Below are positions 25,001-43,890 of a stretch of DNA of 64,000 bases, piece by piece; positions within the stretch are counted from its first letter, which is position 1, and each line of letters opens with the position of its first letter. The stretch is taken from the NCBI GenBank assembly GCA_012295275.1, contig CM022679.1:26908001-26972000 (forward strand), read 5' to 3'. The notes under the pieces were generated by a model. It was not told the DNA's origin, searched no databases, and was given only the letters and a program-made list of their open reading frames with translations. This DNA is from Chrysomallon squamiferum. Taxonomy: Eukaryota > Animalia > Mollusca. A program made the translations under genes and the position numbers.

Positions 25001-25896
25001 TTAAAGGAAGATTGACCATTGCTACCAGCTGTATCAAAGAAGGAATAATGACCGCCAACTTTATCGACACCCTAACTGGAAAAACTCTTAATCTAGGATC
25101 TCTGTTGGTGAGGGACGAGAGCGACCCGTTGCCAATGTGGATTTTTCAGCTAGATACGCGTGGAAAGAAAAGAAATTTTGAAATACGATTAAACTTTTCG
25201 AAAATACCAGAACCTTTTGGATTGAATTACATCAAAATGGAGGCACAGGATACATCAGTGTCACCAGGAGGGTGGTTCGGAGTGGAAACCCGCCGAGTTA
25301 GGAAATGGATTCTGTCCGACAGCCCGGACACCACAGTCGAAGGTTGGACTGGAGGGAAAGGAAAAATGAAGAAGATGACCGTTCGAGTCAACGGTTCGAA
25401 AAGATCCAGAACGGTAGAATCTTTGGTGTTTTCGTCAAAATTATCTCCTGGACAAAAACAGACTGCTAGATTCGTCCTACAGCAGAATGGCCACGGAATG
25501 TTTTACCCCGACGAAAAGCCAGACGAACAGCCTGCATTTGTCTTCGGCAATGATGATACAGGAGACAAAGGGTCGTCGGAAGCTGATATCAAAGACGTTG
25601 TCATTACACCAAACAAACAAAACATTGAACTGAACATTGTTTCGAAGAGTAAGACAACAACGAAAGTAGTCATTAGCCTGGAGAAAAACATGACCAATCT
25701 GAACATTACAAAGAACGATCCACAAAACATTGTTGGCAGCATCAAAATTTGTTCAATGACTCTGCCATGTTGGAGACCGCAAGAGAAGAAAGAAGCTTTC
25801 GTGTCGGCAGATGATACTGAATTAATTCCAGTTCAGTCGCCATGGAAACGTATCACTGGCAAAAAACTGAAAATCGAAAGATACGAAACAAAGTAG
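19046..25896 (+). CDS. Secreted mucin-like protein, exon 2 (6.85 kb): Ser/Thr-rich stalk, decapeptide arrays and C-terminal globular region; spliced protein ~2503 aa
   Basis: Acceptor ttttgtag|GA at 19046 is phase-compatible with exon 1 and reads open, in frame, into the 2172-aa ORF; stop TAG at 25894-25896. Confidence 0.88.
20545..21618 (+). repeat. Coding 30-nt tandem array, ~34-35 copies of TSEYDKSTK(A/V/S)
   Basis: Unit ACTTCAGAATATGACAAATCAACAAAAGCA. Confidence 0.97.
22900..23695 (+). repeat. Second, more diverged coding array of EYDKSTK units (30/36 nt)
   Basis: Direct observation in DNA and translation. Confidence 0.9.
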
Positions 25897-26753
25897 AGAT
25901 GAGACAGTGAGACAGAGAGAAATGTTTCCTTGAAGATTTATATTATAAAAGTGCTTTCATAAAATTAGTAAAGTAACTAAATATAACAATTATATGAAAT
26001 CAAAAGTGACTGAAAATCAGGTAAAAGAAACAGGTACATCAGTAAACTGATTTGTGAGTGTTGTAAACCGACAGCTCAAAATATGGAATCTGTACATATG
26101 ATTTTATTTATCATGCTAAAAAACCTTTTTTTGAAAATTTCAGTTATAGCTATTGACCTACCTATGAAATTTACTGCAAAATAGCCAGCTGAAACAATAT
26201 CTATTAAGCATGTTTGCTAACACCTGACAATAAAATAGCAAATGGAGAAACGTTCTTTGTTTGCTTTTGTTTATTATTATATTATTATTATTATTATTAG
26301 TAGTAGTAGTAGTAGTAGTAGTAGCAGTAGCAGTAGTAATAGTAATAGTAGTTTAACATTATTAGATTTTTCACCTCCATTATTTAGTATTTATTTCCTA
26401 AAACTAGACGTTCTCTTTCACAGCATTCCGTTCAATACTTTAGAGATACCAAGTATAACAGTTTTGATCAGCAAAAAATAAAACTATACAACTTAAAATT
26501 CATTAGTATATCTATAACAGACTTCAGATTCATTCAGAGAAATTGCATAACAGAGTTGTATTAATTTTACCATATTTATTTATTTATTTTATGTAATTAG
26601 CAGAATATTATTTATCAGTTTATGTATTAATTAATTAATTAATTATTATTATTATTATTACTATTATTATATGTTGCTATATGTCCTTTTTCTTCTAGCG
26701 CTTCTTTTTCTGATTTTAATCTGACATCATTATCATTATATGAAGTTCAAAAC

Positions 26754-26755
<2 letters not shown>

Positions 26756-26825
<70 letters not shown>
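26756..26825. repeat. (GA)n microsatellite, ~35 units
   Basis: Direct observation; a shorter (TC)n counterpart lies at 55569-55586. Confidence 0.95.
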
Positions 26826-26828
<3 letters not shown>

Positions 26829-27627
26829 CCAAATAACGAATTTGGATCTTTTCTGACTTTGTATTTTGTATATAAAGGATTTCCAAAATGCACAGAACTG
26901 TGGACTGCAGCGAATTATTCCCAATCAAGGGAAGAATAAAGCGAATTCTCTTAATCGTTTCAAGTCATTGTAGTTACTTACAACTTTATGGTATATATTA
27001 CACGGTATTTAAAAAGGACGTAATGAATGCACAGTTATTCAGATGTATATTATTTAGTATATCCATCTCTCTACTTCCAGTTTCAATTAAATTTCGATCG
27101 GTAAATCGAATAACTTTTTAAAAGTATTGTTGGATAATTATATCACACTGGAAACCGGGGATGCATAGCAACAAGAGGCGAAAAAAACCCAAAAAACTAA
27201 ATATTAAAATAAATTAAAACCAGTAAAGTCAAAATATTGATTATTTTATATTCCAAAATAATTCTAAGCTATTACTTATGTTTCATTCTAGTCTGTTATG
27301 TATGTGTATTTGTATGTGAGAAATATTTAATCAATTTTCTTTTAATTTTTCTAAACTCAGTGCCTGTAAATTAATTATATAATCACTAATATTTTAAACA
27401 TGTTTTCTTTCACCATAATTTATTACACATGCAAACAATACCGAATACACTGAAATTATATGAGAAAACAAAAATAAAAATCGTAATTTGGTGTCCTTCT
27501 AATAATTAATAAAGCTAAAAAAACAATGAAACAAACTTTTACTGGTATTAAAACATAGAAAGAGATAAATTACTATAAAGTAACAAAATTTCAAAAAGTA
27601 ATAAGTAAAACGTAAATAAATTAATAC

Positions 27628-27747
27628 ACGACCGGAAGAACTTTGGTGAACTCGGTTTACTTCGGCCACTTCCGACTACCTAGTGACGCTATATATATGA
27701 CGTCAACAATACATTTCCTTAGTGACTCCGCATCAAACTTAGTAGGT
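27628..27747 (+). promoter_or_regulatory. Putative Pol II promoter and short first exon (left arm)
   Basis: CCGGAAG at 27632, ACTTCCG at 27668, TATATATA at 27690, TGACGTCA at 27698, pyrimidine-rich CATTTCCTT at 27712, donor GTAGGT at 27742; conserved in the right arm. Confidence 0.55.
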
Positions 27748-29099
27748 AGCTGCAATTTCTCTCTGTCAAAATTGAAATGAAATATTAACTCACCTCGTTA
27801 AAACTTTGCGATATCTAGTAAGTAGCTAAAGCCATAATTAATTTTATTTTAATTTTCAAATACCAGGATGGGTTTCTTTCATGATTAATGTAAACAAACT
27901 GCATTTAGCTTCAAAACAGCAAACTTTCAACATTTGCTGATCAATGTTACTAATTCAACTTCGTATTTATTTATTTATTGCATTATTATTAAGTAAAACC
28001 TTGCATTACTTTATTTTTATTTTTTATTGTTAATATTTTTTTCTACATTATTTATACTTATGTTATTTATTTTGCAAAGCTTGTAAATCTGAGTGAAAAT
28101 TACATCCACACTTCTCAAATTCAAGAAACTTTAATTATTAAATTATTATGATTTAAAATTAAATTTAAATGCTTAGGCCAGACCTTCCAGTTTTAAAAAT
28201 AAGTATGCAAACACAATGGTGCCAACAGCTATATATCTAATTTTAAATTTAAACTTAATATATTTACAATTACAAATATGTAGCATAATAAATAAAAAGT
28301 AGTAGCAGAAGAACAAGTACCATTATAAATTAATAACTAAATAAATAAAAGAAATAATAATAAGAAGAACATGCACCATTATAATTAAAAAAGTAAATAA
28401 ATAAATAACAAAAAAAACGAAGATAATAATAAAATAAAATAAAACATATAGCATTATAATAATAACAACAACAGCAAGATTTAGAAGAAGAAAATGTAGC
28501 ATTATAAATAAATGAATAGTAATACTAATACAAATAAGAAGAAGTAAAGAAGACGAAAGAAAGAAAATTTAAAATAGTAGTAGCAGAACTTGTCATATTG
28601 TAATACTAGTTTTAATATAGAGATAAATATGGTTTAAATGTGTGTAACAGTATTTATTCTTTATAATAATACTTTCATGGACATTTTAATTATATAAATA
28701 CATTTGTTGGTTGATAGAGATTGTGGTGGAATATAAGCATTTAATTCATCTCATTTAAGTAAAGTAATTATCATTTATTTCATTAATTAATAACATTTTG
28801 TTTTTTTTCAGATTCTTAGTACTACATAAAATTTGTATGCAGTTTTAAATTTTTATAACTATGGAACGATAAATTATTCACTTCCTTTCTTAAAAATATA
28901 TAAACATATCTCTATTTATTTTATTTCATTTTATTTTATTTTATTTTAAATTGAAATAGGTTTTAAAACTGCACACAGAATTTATGGACAGCCTGTATGA
29001 TTATTTTCTTAACTTTGCACTTAATAATTAGATTTTGCATTTTTTTAAATGTATTCAAACTTAATATATTTATAATGACATGTACCATAATAAATAAAT

Positions 29100-29670
29100 A
29101 AAGAAAGAATGAAAGAAAGAAGAAAAATAATAATAAGAAAAAGTGGAAGAAGAACATGTAGCATTATAAACAAACAAATAAAATGAATAGGTTAATTAAT
29201 AAATATATTAGTAATAATAAGAAGAAGAAAACAAAGAAGATGTAGCATAATAAATAAATATAATAAAGGTATAAATAAAATAAATAAATAAATAAAATAA
29301 ATAAATTAGTAATAATAATAATAATAATAAAAAGAAATGTAAGAAAACATAGAATTGTAAATAAGTAAATAATCAAATAATAAAAATAATAATATAATAT
29401 TAATAATAATTATCATAATAATAATAAAAAGAAGAATTAGAAGAACATGTAGTATTATAAATAAGTAAGTAAATAAACAAATAATACTAAGAAGAAGAAG
29501 ACAAAAAAGAAGAACTAGAAGAAGAGGTAGTATTATAAATAAGCTAATACATAATTTAAAAAATACCAGTAGAAGCAGTGGAAGAAAAGGTAGCATTCTA
29601 ACTAAGTAAATAAACAAATAATAAGACAAAGAACATGTAGTATTATAAATAAATCAGTAATTAAACAATT

Positions 29671-29703
<33 letters not shown>

Positions 29704-32700
29704 GAGAATGAAGAAGATGTAGCATTATAAATAAATTAATAATAATAAATAGTAGTAATTACATGAAGAAAAAGAAGATTTAGCACTATAAATAATAACA
29801 AATAACAGTAGTTGTAGCATTAATAGTAGTTAGATGAAGAAGAAGAAGAAGTAGCTTTATAAATAAACAAATCAGTAAATAAGTGAATAAATAGATAATA
29901 AGAAGAAATAAGGATAGCTACAGTATTAGAAGTAGTTAGTTGAAGAAGAGGAAGAAGATCTAGCATTATAAATAAATAAATAAATAATAAGAAATAAAGG
30001 TAGTTGTAGTATTAGTAGTAGTTACATGAAGAAGAAGAGGAAGATGTAGCATCAAAAATAAATAAATAGGTAAATACATAAATAATAAGAAGAAATAATG
30101 GTACTTATAACAGTAGTAGTAGTTAGATGAAGAAGTAGAAGTAGCATTATAAATAAATAAATAAATTAATTAATTAATTAATAACAAATAATGGTGATTG
30201 AAGTACTAGTAATAGTTAGATGAACTAGAAGAAGATGTAGCATTCGAAATAACTAAATAAATAAATAAATAATAACAAATAATGGTAGTTGTAGTACTAG
30301 TAGTAGTTAGATGAACTAGAAGAAGAATTGTAACATTGTAGATAAATAAATCAATAAATCAGTAAATAAATAAATAAATAAGAAATAATTGTAGTTGCAG
30401 TATTAATGGTAGGTAGATAAAAAGGAAGAAGATGATGTAGCATTATCAGTAAATAAAACAGAAGAAAATGAAGATGTAGCATTATAAATAAATAAATAAG
30501 AAGAAATAAGGGTAGCTGTAGTATTAGTAGTAGTTAGATGAAGAAGAAGACATAGCAATATAAGTAAATAAATAAGTAAATTAATAAAAGAAGTAAATAA
30601 ATAAACAAATAAATAATAATAAGAAGTAATGATAGTTCAAGCATTAGTAGTAGTTAGATGAAGAAGAAGAAGGAGAGATAGCATTATAAATAAATAAGTG
30701 AATTGTAAACAAATAAAGAAATAAAGAAATAAGAAGTAAGGGCAGTTGTAGCATTAGTAGTAGATGAAGAAAAGGAGGAAGATGTAGCATTATAAATAAA
30801 TAAATAATAAGAAGAAATAATAGTAGTATTAATAGTAGTATCAATACATAAATAAGTAAGTACGTAAGTAAGTAAATAAATAAATAAGAAGAAGAATTAA
30901 TGTTAGTGGTAGTATCAGTAGTAGTTAGACATAGAAGAAGAGAAGAAGACAGACACAGCATCATAAATAAATAAATAAGAATTAAAATAAATAAATAAAT
31001 AATAAAATAAATAATAAGAAGAAATAATGGCAGTGGTTGTATTAGTAGTGGTTAGATAAAGAAGAAGAAGAGTAGATAACATTATAAATAAATAAATAAG
31101 TAAATAAGTAAAAAATAAGGGTAGTTGTAGCATTAGTAGTTGATGAAGAAGAAAAGGAAGATGTAGCATAAATAAATAAATAAATAAATAATAAAAAATA
31201 TGGTAGTGGTAGTATTAGTAAAGAAAGAAAGAAAGAAATAAGTAACTAATAAAATAAGTAAATAAATAGAAATAATAATGATAATAAGAAGAAGAAATAA
31301 AGACAGCTGAAGCATTAGTAGTAGTTATGCGAAGAAGAAGAAGGAAAGATAGCATTATAAATAAATAAATAAATAAATAAATAAAATGGTAGTGGTAGTA
31401 TTAGTAGTAGTTAGATGAAGAAGAAGGAGAAGCTGTAGTGTTATAAAAAAATAAATAAATTAATAAAAAGTAAATAAATAAGCAAATTAATAAAAAGTAA
31501 ATAAATAAGTAAATTAATAAAAAGTAAATAAATAAGCAAATAAATAATAAGAAGACATAAGGGTGATTGAAGCATTAGTAATAGTTAGATGAAGAAGAAG
31601 GAGGACAATAAATAAATAAATAAATAAATAAGTACATTATAAAAAAATAAATAAACAAAGAAATAAGGGCAGTAGATGAAGAAAAAGAGGAAGATGTAGG
31701 ATTATAAATATATAAATAAATAAGAAGAAATAATGTTAGTGGCAGTATTAGCAGTATTTAGATGAAGATGAAAAAGAAGAAGTAGCTTTATCAATAAATA
31801 AATAAGTAATTAAATAAAATAGTTGTAAATAAATAAATGAATAATATGAAATGAGGGTAAGAAGAGAAGAAGACAGCGTCATAAATAAATAGATAACTAT
31901 TAAAATAAATAAATAAATGAATAAATAAATAAATAATAATAAGAAATAATGAAAGTGGTAGTACTAGTAGTAGTTAGATGAAAAAGAAAGAGAAGATATA
32001 GTGTTATAAATAAATAAATAAATAAATAATATGAAATAAGGGTAGCTGTAGCCCTTAGTAGTAGTTAGATGAAGAAGAAAAGAAAGATGTGACATTATAA
32101 ATAAATAAATAAGTAAATAAATAAATAAATAGATAATATGAAATAAGGGATGTTGTTGTAGTAGTAGTAGTTAGATGAAGAAGAAGACAATGCATTATAA
32201 GTAAATAATTAAGTAGTTTAATAAAAAAAAGTAAATAAATAAAAAATAATAATAAGAAGAAATAAAGGTAGCCAAAGCCTTAGTAGTAGTTACATGAAGA
32301 AGAAGAAGGAAAGATAGCATTATAAAAAAATAAATAAATAAATGAATAAGTAAATAAATAAAGAAATAAGGGTAGTTGTAGCATTAATAGTAGTTACATA
32401 AAAAAGAAGAAGATGTAGCATTATAAATAAATAAATAAATAAATAGTTATAAATAAATAAATTATCAGTAAATAAAACAGAAGAAAATGAAGATATAGGA
32501 TTATATAAAATAAACAAATAAATAAATAATAAGAAGTTATGGTAGTTATAGTAGTAATAGTAGTTGTAAAATGAACAGGAAGATGAAGATGTAGCATTAT
32601 AAATAAATAAATAAGAAAAAATAAAGGTAGCTGAATCATTAGTAGTAGTTACATCAAGAAGAAGAAGGAAAGATAGCATTATAAACAATTAAATAAATAA

Positions 32701-33311
32701 ATGAATAAGTAAAGAAATAAAGAAATAAGGGTGGTTGTAGCATTAACAGTAGTTAGATGAAGAAGAAGATGTAGCACTATAAATAAATAAATGAATAAGT
32801 AATAAATAATAAAGAAATAATAAATAAAATGGTAGTGGTAGTATTAGTAGTAGTTACATGAAGAAGATGTAGCACTGTGAATAAATTTATAAATAAATAA
32901 ATAATAAGAAGAAATAATGATAGTGGTATATTAGTAGCAGTTAGATGAAGAAAGATAAGGGAAGATAGCATTATAAATAAATAAATTAAAAAAAGAAAGA
33001 AAGAAAGGAAAAAATAATGGTAGCTGTAGCATTAGTAATAGATGAAAAAGAGGAAGATGTAGCATTATAAATAAATAAATAAATAAATAATAAAAATATG
33101 GTACTGTTAGTATTAGTAGTAGCTAGCATTATAAGTAAATAACTAAATAAATAAGAAGAAATAAGAGTAGCTGAAGCATTAGTAGTAGTTAGATGAAGAA
33201 GAAGGAGAGATAGCATTATAAATGAATAAATATATAAATAAATAATAAGAAAAAATAATGGTAGTTGTAGTATTGATATTAGATGAAGGAGAAGAAGAAG
33301 ATATAGCATTA

Positions 33312-33342
<31 letters not shown>

Positions 33343-33613
33343 GAAGAAATAATGAAAGTGGTAGTAGTAGTTAGATGAAGAAGAAGGAGAACATGTAGCA
33401 TTATAAATAAATAAATAATTAAATTAACAAAAAGGTCAATAAATAAGTAAATTAATAAAAAGTAAATAAATAAGTAAATTAATAAAAAGTAAATAAATAA
33501 ATAAGTAAATTAATAAAAAGTAAATAAATAAACAAAAAAATAATAATCAGAAATAAGGGTAGTCGAAGCATTAGTATTAGTTAGATGAAGAAGATGAAGA
33601 AGATGTAATATTA

Positions 33614-33644
<31 letters not shown>

Positions 33645-34455
33645 GTAAATTAATAAATAAGTAACTTAATAAAGAAATAATCAAAGAAATAATAATAAGA
33701 AATAATGGTAATGGTACTAGTAGCAGTAGTTAGATGAAGAAGAAGAAGAAGAAGAAGATGTAGCATTATAAATAAATAAATAAGTAAATTGATAAATAAG
33801 TAAATTAATAAATAAGTAAATAAACAATCCAAAGGTTAGTTTTAGCATTAGTAGTAGTTAGATGATGATGAAGAAGAAGATATAGCATTATAAATAAGTA
33901 AATAAATAATCATTTTACTGGTAGTATTAGTAATACGTATATGAAGAAGAAGAAGAAGACATAGTGTTATAAATAAATAAATAAATTAATAAATAAATAA
34001 ATAAATAAATAAGAAGAAGAAATAAAGGTAGTTGTAGTATTAATAGTAGTTGGATGAAGAAGAAGTTGAATATGTATAAATAACTAAATAAATAATAAGA
34101 AGAAATAATGTTACTGGTAGTGTTCGTTGTTGTATTAGTATTAGTTAGATGAAGAAGAAGATGTACATGTAGGACACATGAATAAATAAATAAATAAAAT
34201 TAAAAATAAATAAATAAATATGTATTAAAATAAATAAATAAAAAATAAGAAATAAGTGTAGTCGTAGCATTAGTTGTAGTTATAGGAAGAAGAAGAAATA
34301 GCATTATAAATAGATAAATAAATAAATAATAAGAAATAATGGCAGCAGTAGTTAGATGAAGAAGAGATAGAATTATAAATAAATAAATAAATAATAAGAA
34401 GAAATAATGGAAGTTGTCGTATCAGTAGTAGTTAGAGGAAGAAAAAGAGGATGAT

Positions 34456-34501
<46 letters not shown>

Positions 34502-35086
34502 CAAGAAGAGTAACAATTTAAAAATTAAATAAATATGTAAAAATAGCTGAAGCAGTGCTGTTTAAATTAAAGAGATATAATAACTGATACTAAAATAAAA
34601 TAGTACTAGTGGTAGAAGTAGTATATGGCTATAATAACAGATATTTAATAATTTGATTAATAACAAGTGTGTAACTGTATACTTTATTTTTTATTTTCAA
34701 GTATATCTTAATTATAAATATATTTGTCTGATGATGGAGACGTGGTGGAATATATTTAATTTTACTGATTTAAATACAATAACTAATATATATATATATA
34801 TATATAAATCGGCAAACACAAATAATGAAATTAATTTGCTAAAAACATATAAGCATAAATCTTTACTTTTTTTATTATTGGTTTTTAAATTATTTTTGTA
34901 TATTATATGATAATTATTTAGTTTTTGCTATTTTAAAATGGCACCAGAACCTATATATTTAATTTTATGTTTAAATTTAACATAGTTACAATTATAAGAA
35001 TATAGTATAATTAAGAAAGAAGAAATAACAAAAGAAAGAAAGAAGATGATGAAGAACTAGAAGAAGAAGAAATTTAGCATTATACA

Positions 35087-35133
<47 letters not shown>

Positions 35134-35420
35134 TAAAAAGATGAAGGAGAAACAGAAGATGAATTAGAAGAAAATTTAGCATTATAAATAAAAAAGTAAA
35201 TAAATAAATAAGAAGAACTAGAAGAAGAACATGCAGTATTATACATAAATGTAAACAAATAATAAGAAGAAGAAGCAGAAGAACCTGTAGCATTGTAAAT
35301 AAATAATAGGAAGATTAACATTTAGTATTAAAAACATATAAATAAATAATAATAAGAAGAATATGCAGCATTATATAATAAAGAAAGAAGAAAAGGTAGA
35401 AGAAAATGTAAATAAATAAA
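29100..35420 (+). repeat. AT-rich compound satellite (left arm)
   Basis: Dozens of ~70-110-nt units: (TAG)n TTAGAT (GAA)n GATGTAGCATTAT (AAAT)n AATAAGAAATAAGGG. Confidence 0.93.
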
Positions 35421-36214
35421 TAAGTAAACAAATAAATCAATAATTAAGAAGTTTCTCATTGTTCCTAATACTAGTTTTATTATTATTATTATTATTATTT
35501 ATTTTCGTTTTTAAATTCAAATTTGTGCACTTTTCAGTTTTCATAGTTTCACATTTTATGGATAACCTCTACAGCTATTTTTTTAATTTTGCAGAAAAAT
35601 AATTAGATTTGCTACCTTTTATTATTATTAATAAATAATATTTCAATTCTTTTTCTTTTTTTTTAAGAATATTAGTATTTGTTTTTACTAGGTAAGAAAA
35701 TATCTAAACAAAGGTTTGAAAAAAAACCACTTTTAATTTAAAAATTAAATATATTAAAAACAAAATAAAAATACTGCTTTCTTTCCCTTAATTTCCAGAA
35801 GGTTAATATTTTACTTTCTTTTATTTACTGGTTCAATGTTGGCATTTCTTTTTAATACTAAACCTTGCCTTTTGATTTAGATCATACCACCACTATCTCC
35901 ATCACTATAGCAACAGTATTTACATAATTATTATAACTTTATTATTAACACTAGCAGTAGTAGTAATATTTGTTGTAGTAATAACAACAGTAGAAACAGT
36001 AGTAGTAAAACAATAAAATAAAATTATATTTTTCTTAACATTCAATAATTAGAAACTAAATAAATATAAAACAAAAATTTTGTTTAGTCTTAATTTAAAA
36101 GAAATATTGGTATCCATTTTATCTTGCATGCTGTAATGAAAATACTTAGGTTTATTTTATTATTATTTGTTAGGATCAATCATTCCTCACCATTTAAAAA
36201 TTATTATTATTTAA

Positions 36215-36337
36215 TGTACCTTAAAGGCAGCAACAAGGAGTCACCTGGTGAGTGATGATACCCCCACCTTGGTGTGGCTAATACAGGAAACTCATACTTG
36301 AAAATGAGCTACTGGGGGACTGTTCACCTTTGGTACA
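36215..36337 (+). ncRNA. Candidate structured small RNA (unidentified; H/ACA-like hairpin with ACA at the 3' end)
   Basis: Relatively GC-rich island, 122/123 identical to the right-arm copy; nested stems; strand inferred from the arm's promoter. Confidence 0.4.
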
Positions 36338-37637
36338 ATAAATTTCCAATAATATATATATGAACAGAAAAAAATATTATACAATTTAAAATGTGCATTA
36401 TAAATTTATGCTAGCATTTTAATACTGCTTTGTTAGCATTTTAGGAAAGGCATTTTTACAAATTTTATATATTTCATAAAAAAAAAATACATATATATTA
36501 TATTTTATTTGAATAACCATTTCAAAATGTTTTTATTATTTTATTTCAGGTTAATATTTATTTATTTTTTAATAAATATTTGCTTCTGTTTTTGTTGTTT
36601 TATTTTAATTCTGTTATAGATTTAAATCTGTTGTTCTTACCAACCTGGTAATGAGCTTTGTTCACCCTTACCTGAAATTTATAAGTCATATATTTTATTG
36701 AAAGTATTTATTTTGTATTTATTTAGATATTTATGAAAAATGTATATTTGTGTATATGTGCAGAATACACACATATTCGCAGAGATATCATTTATTGTCT
36801 TACGTTTCTATTTCCACCTTTTTCTCAAAAAGTGGCTTCAGTATTTTTGAAAGCTGGTGCTTCGATTAAATGTGAGGAAATACCCCAAGAAAGCGGTAAT
36901 TCGTAAAACGTTTCACAGCAGACGAGACATCGAAATACCAACATAGGAATTAAAAACATATTTGGTAAATATTTTGTTGTCATGTACTTCACAACGTTTC
37001 AGATACCTTCAGTGTAACGGTTATTGAAGATTTTTAGCTCAAAACTACAAAATAACGTTAAAATACTTTCATTAATCGATATATAATTATATTATTCGGA
37101 AGTAATCAATAGACTGAATAGTACAATTATTATTTTATTTTTTTTGACTTCAGCTTAAAACATAATTTACACAATACCAGATTTTAAGTTAAAGTACAAA
37201 AGATTCCTGACACCACGACCACCACTAGCCCCAAACAATTAAAAAGAAAAAGAAAAAGAACAAACCACGATAAAAGAAGAGAAAACAATAAAGGTTAAAA
37301 ATCAACTATCTTACTATGTTTTAATGTTTATGTGTTGACAATTTTCAAAAGTATATGATGATATAGATTCATTATGTTTATTAATTATATAGTGACATAT
37401 TATTATGTAGTTGTATTTTATTTTATTTTATTTTTTATTTTTTATTTTTTTTATTTATTCTTGCTTGTGGGATATTATTATTCATTAGATCCATCCATAG
37501 GATAATAATATGTGAATTAATTATATCACTGGATGATCTCTCTCTTTTTCTTTCTTTTTTATTATCTTTTTAATAAATAATATATATTTTTTTAACCAAT
37601 TTTTTTCTTTTCATTTTATTTCATTTATTTAATTGTT

Positions 37638-37673
<36 letters not shown>

Positions 37674-37783
37674 TTTTACAATATTCTTGATACAGACTGC
37701 TAAAATTAATTAACAGTTTGAGGTAGATGTACAGATCACTGATTGATGTATTACTTTCTATTTCAGCAAGTTTTTATATAGAA

Positions 37784-43890
<6,107 letters not shown>

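Larger units (their letters stand above)
26740..36600 (+). repeat. Left arm of a large inverted duplication
   Basis: Reverse-complement matches to 45420-55600 at ordered anchors: 26740/55600, 27540/55420, 27628-27925/55340-55050, 35880-36140/46130-45915, 36170-36337/45880-45716, 36545-36580/45485-45450. Confidence 0.9.

Noticed and set aside
28963-35321. Many minus-strand L/F/I/Y-rich ORFs resembling membrane proteins
   Set aside because: They are translations of the (ATTT)n/(TTC)n/(CTA)n satellite, with no coding signature.
36277-36298. LIQETH peptide resembling the LINE APE endonuclease motif
   Set aside because: A stop follows almost immediately and no other retroelement sequence is nearby.
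36240-36320. Hammerhead ribozyme (TGATGA...GAAA-CTCAT/ATGAG three-way junction)
   Set aside because: The core needs CUGANGA and a U-H cleavage site; here the bases are GUGAUGA and GCU, so the catalytic core is not intact.
36243-36325. U1 snRNA-like words (ACCTGG..GATACC, GGAAACTC, TGGGGGACTG)
   Set aside because: Lacks the 5' AUACUUAC, stem-loop II and the Sm site; the similarity is fragmentary.
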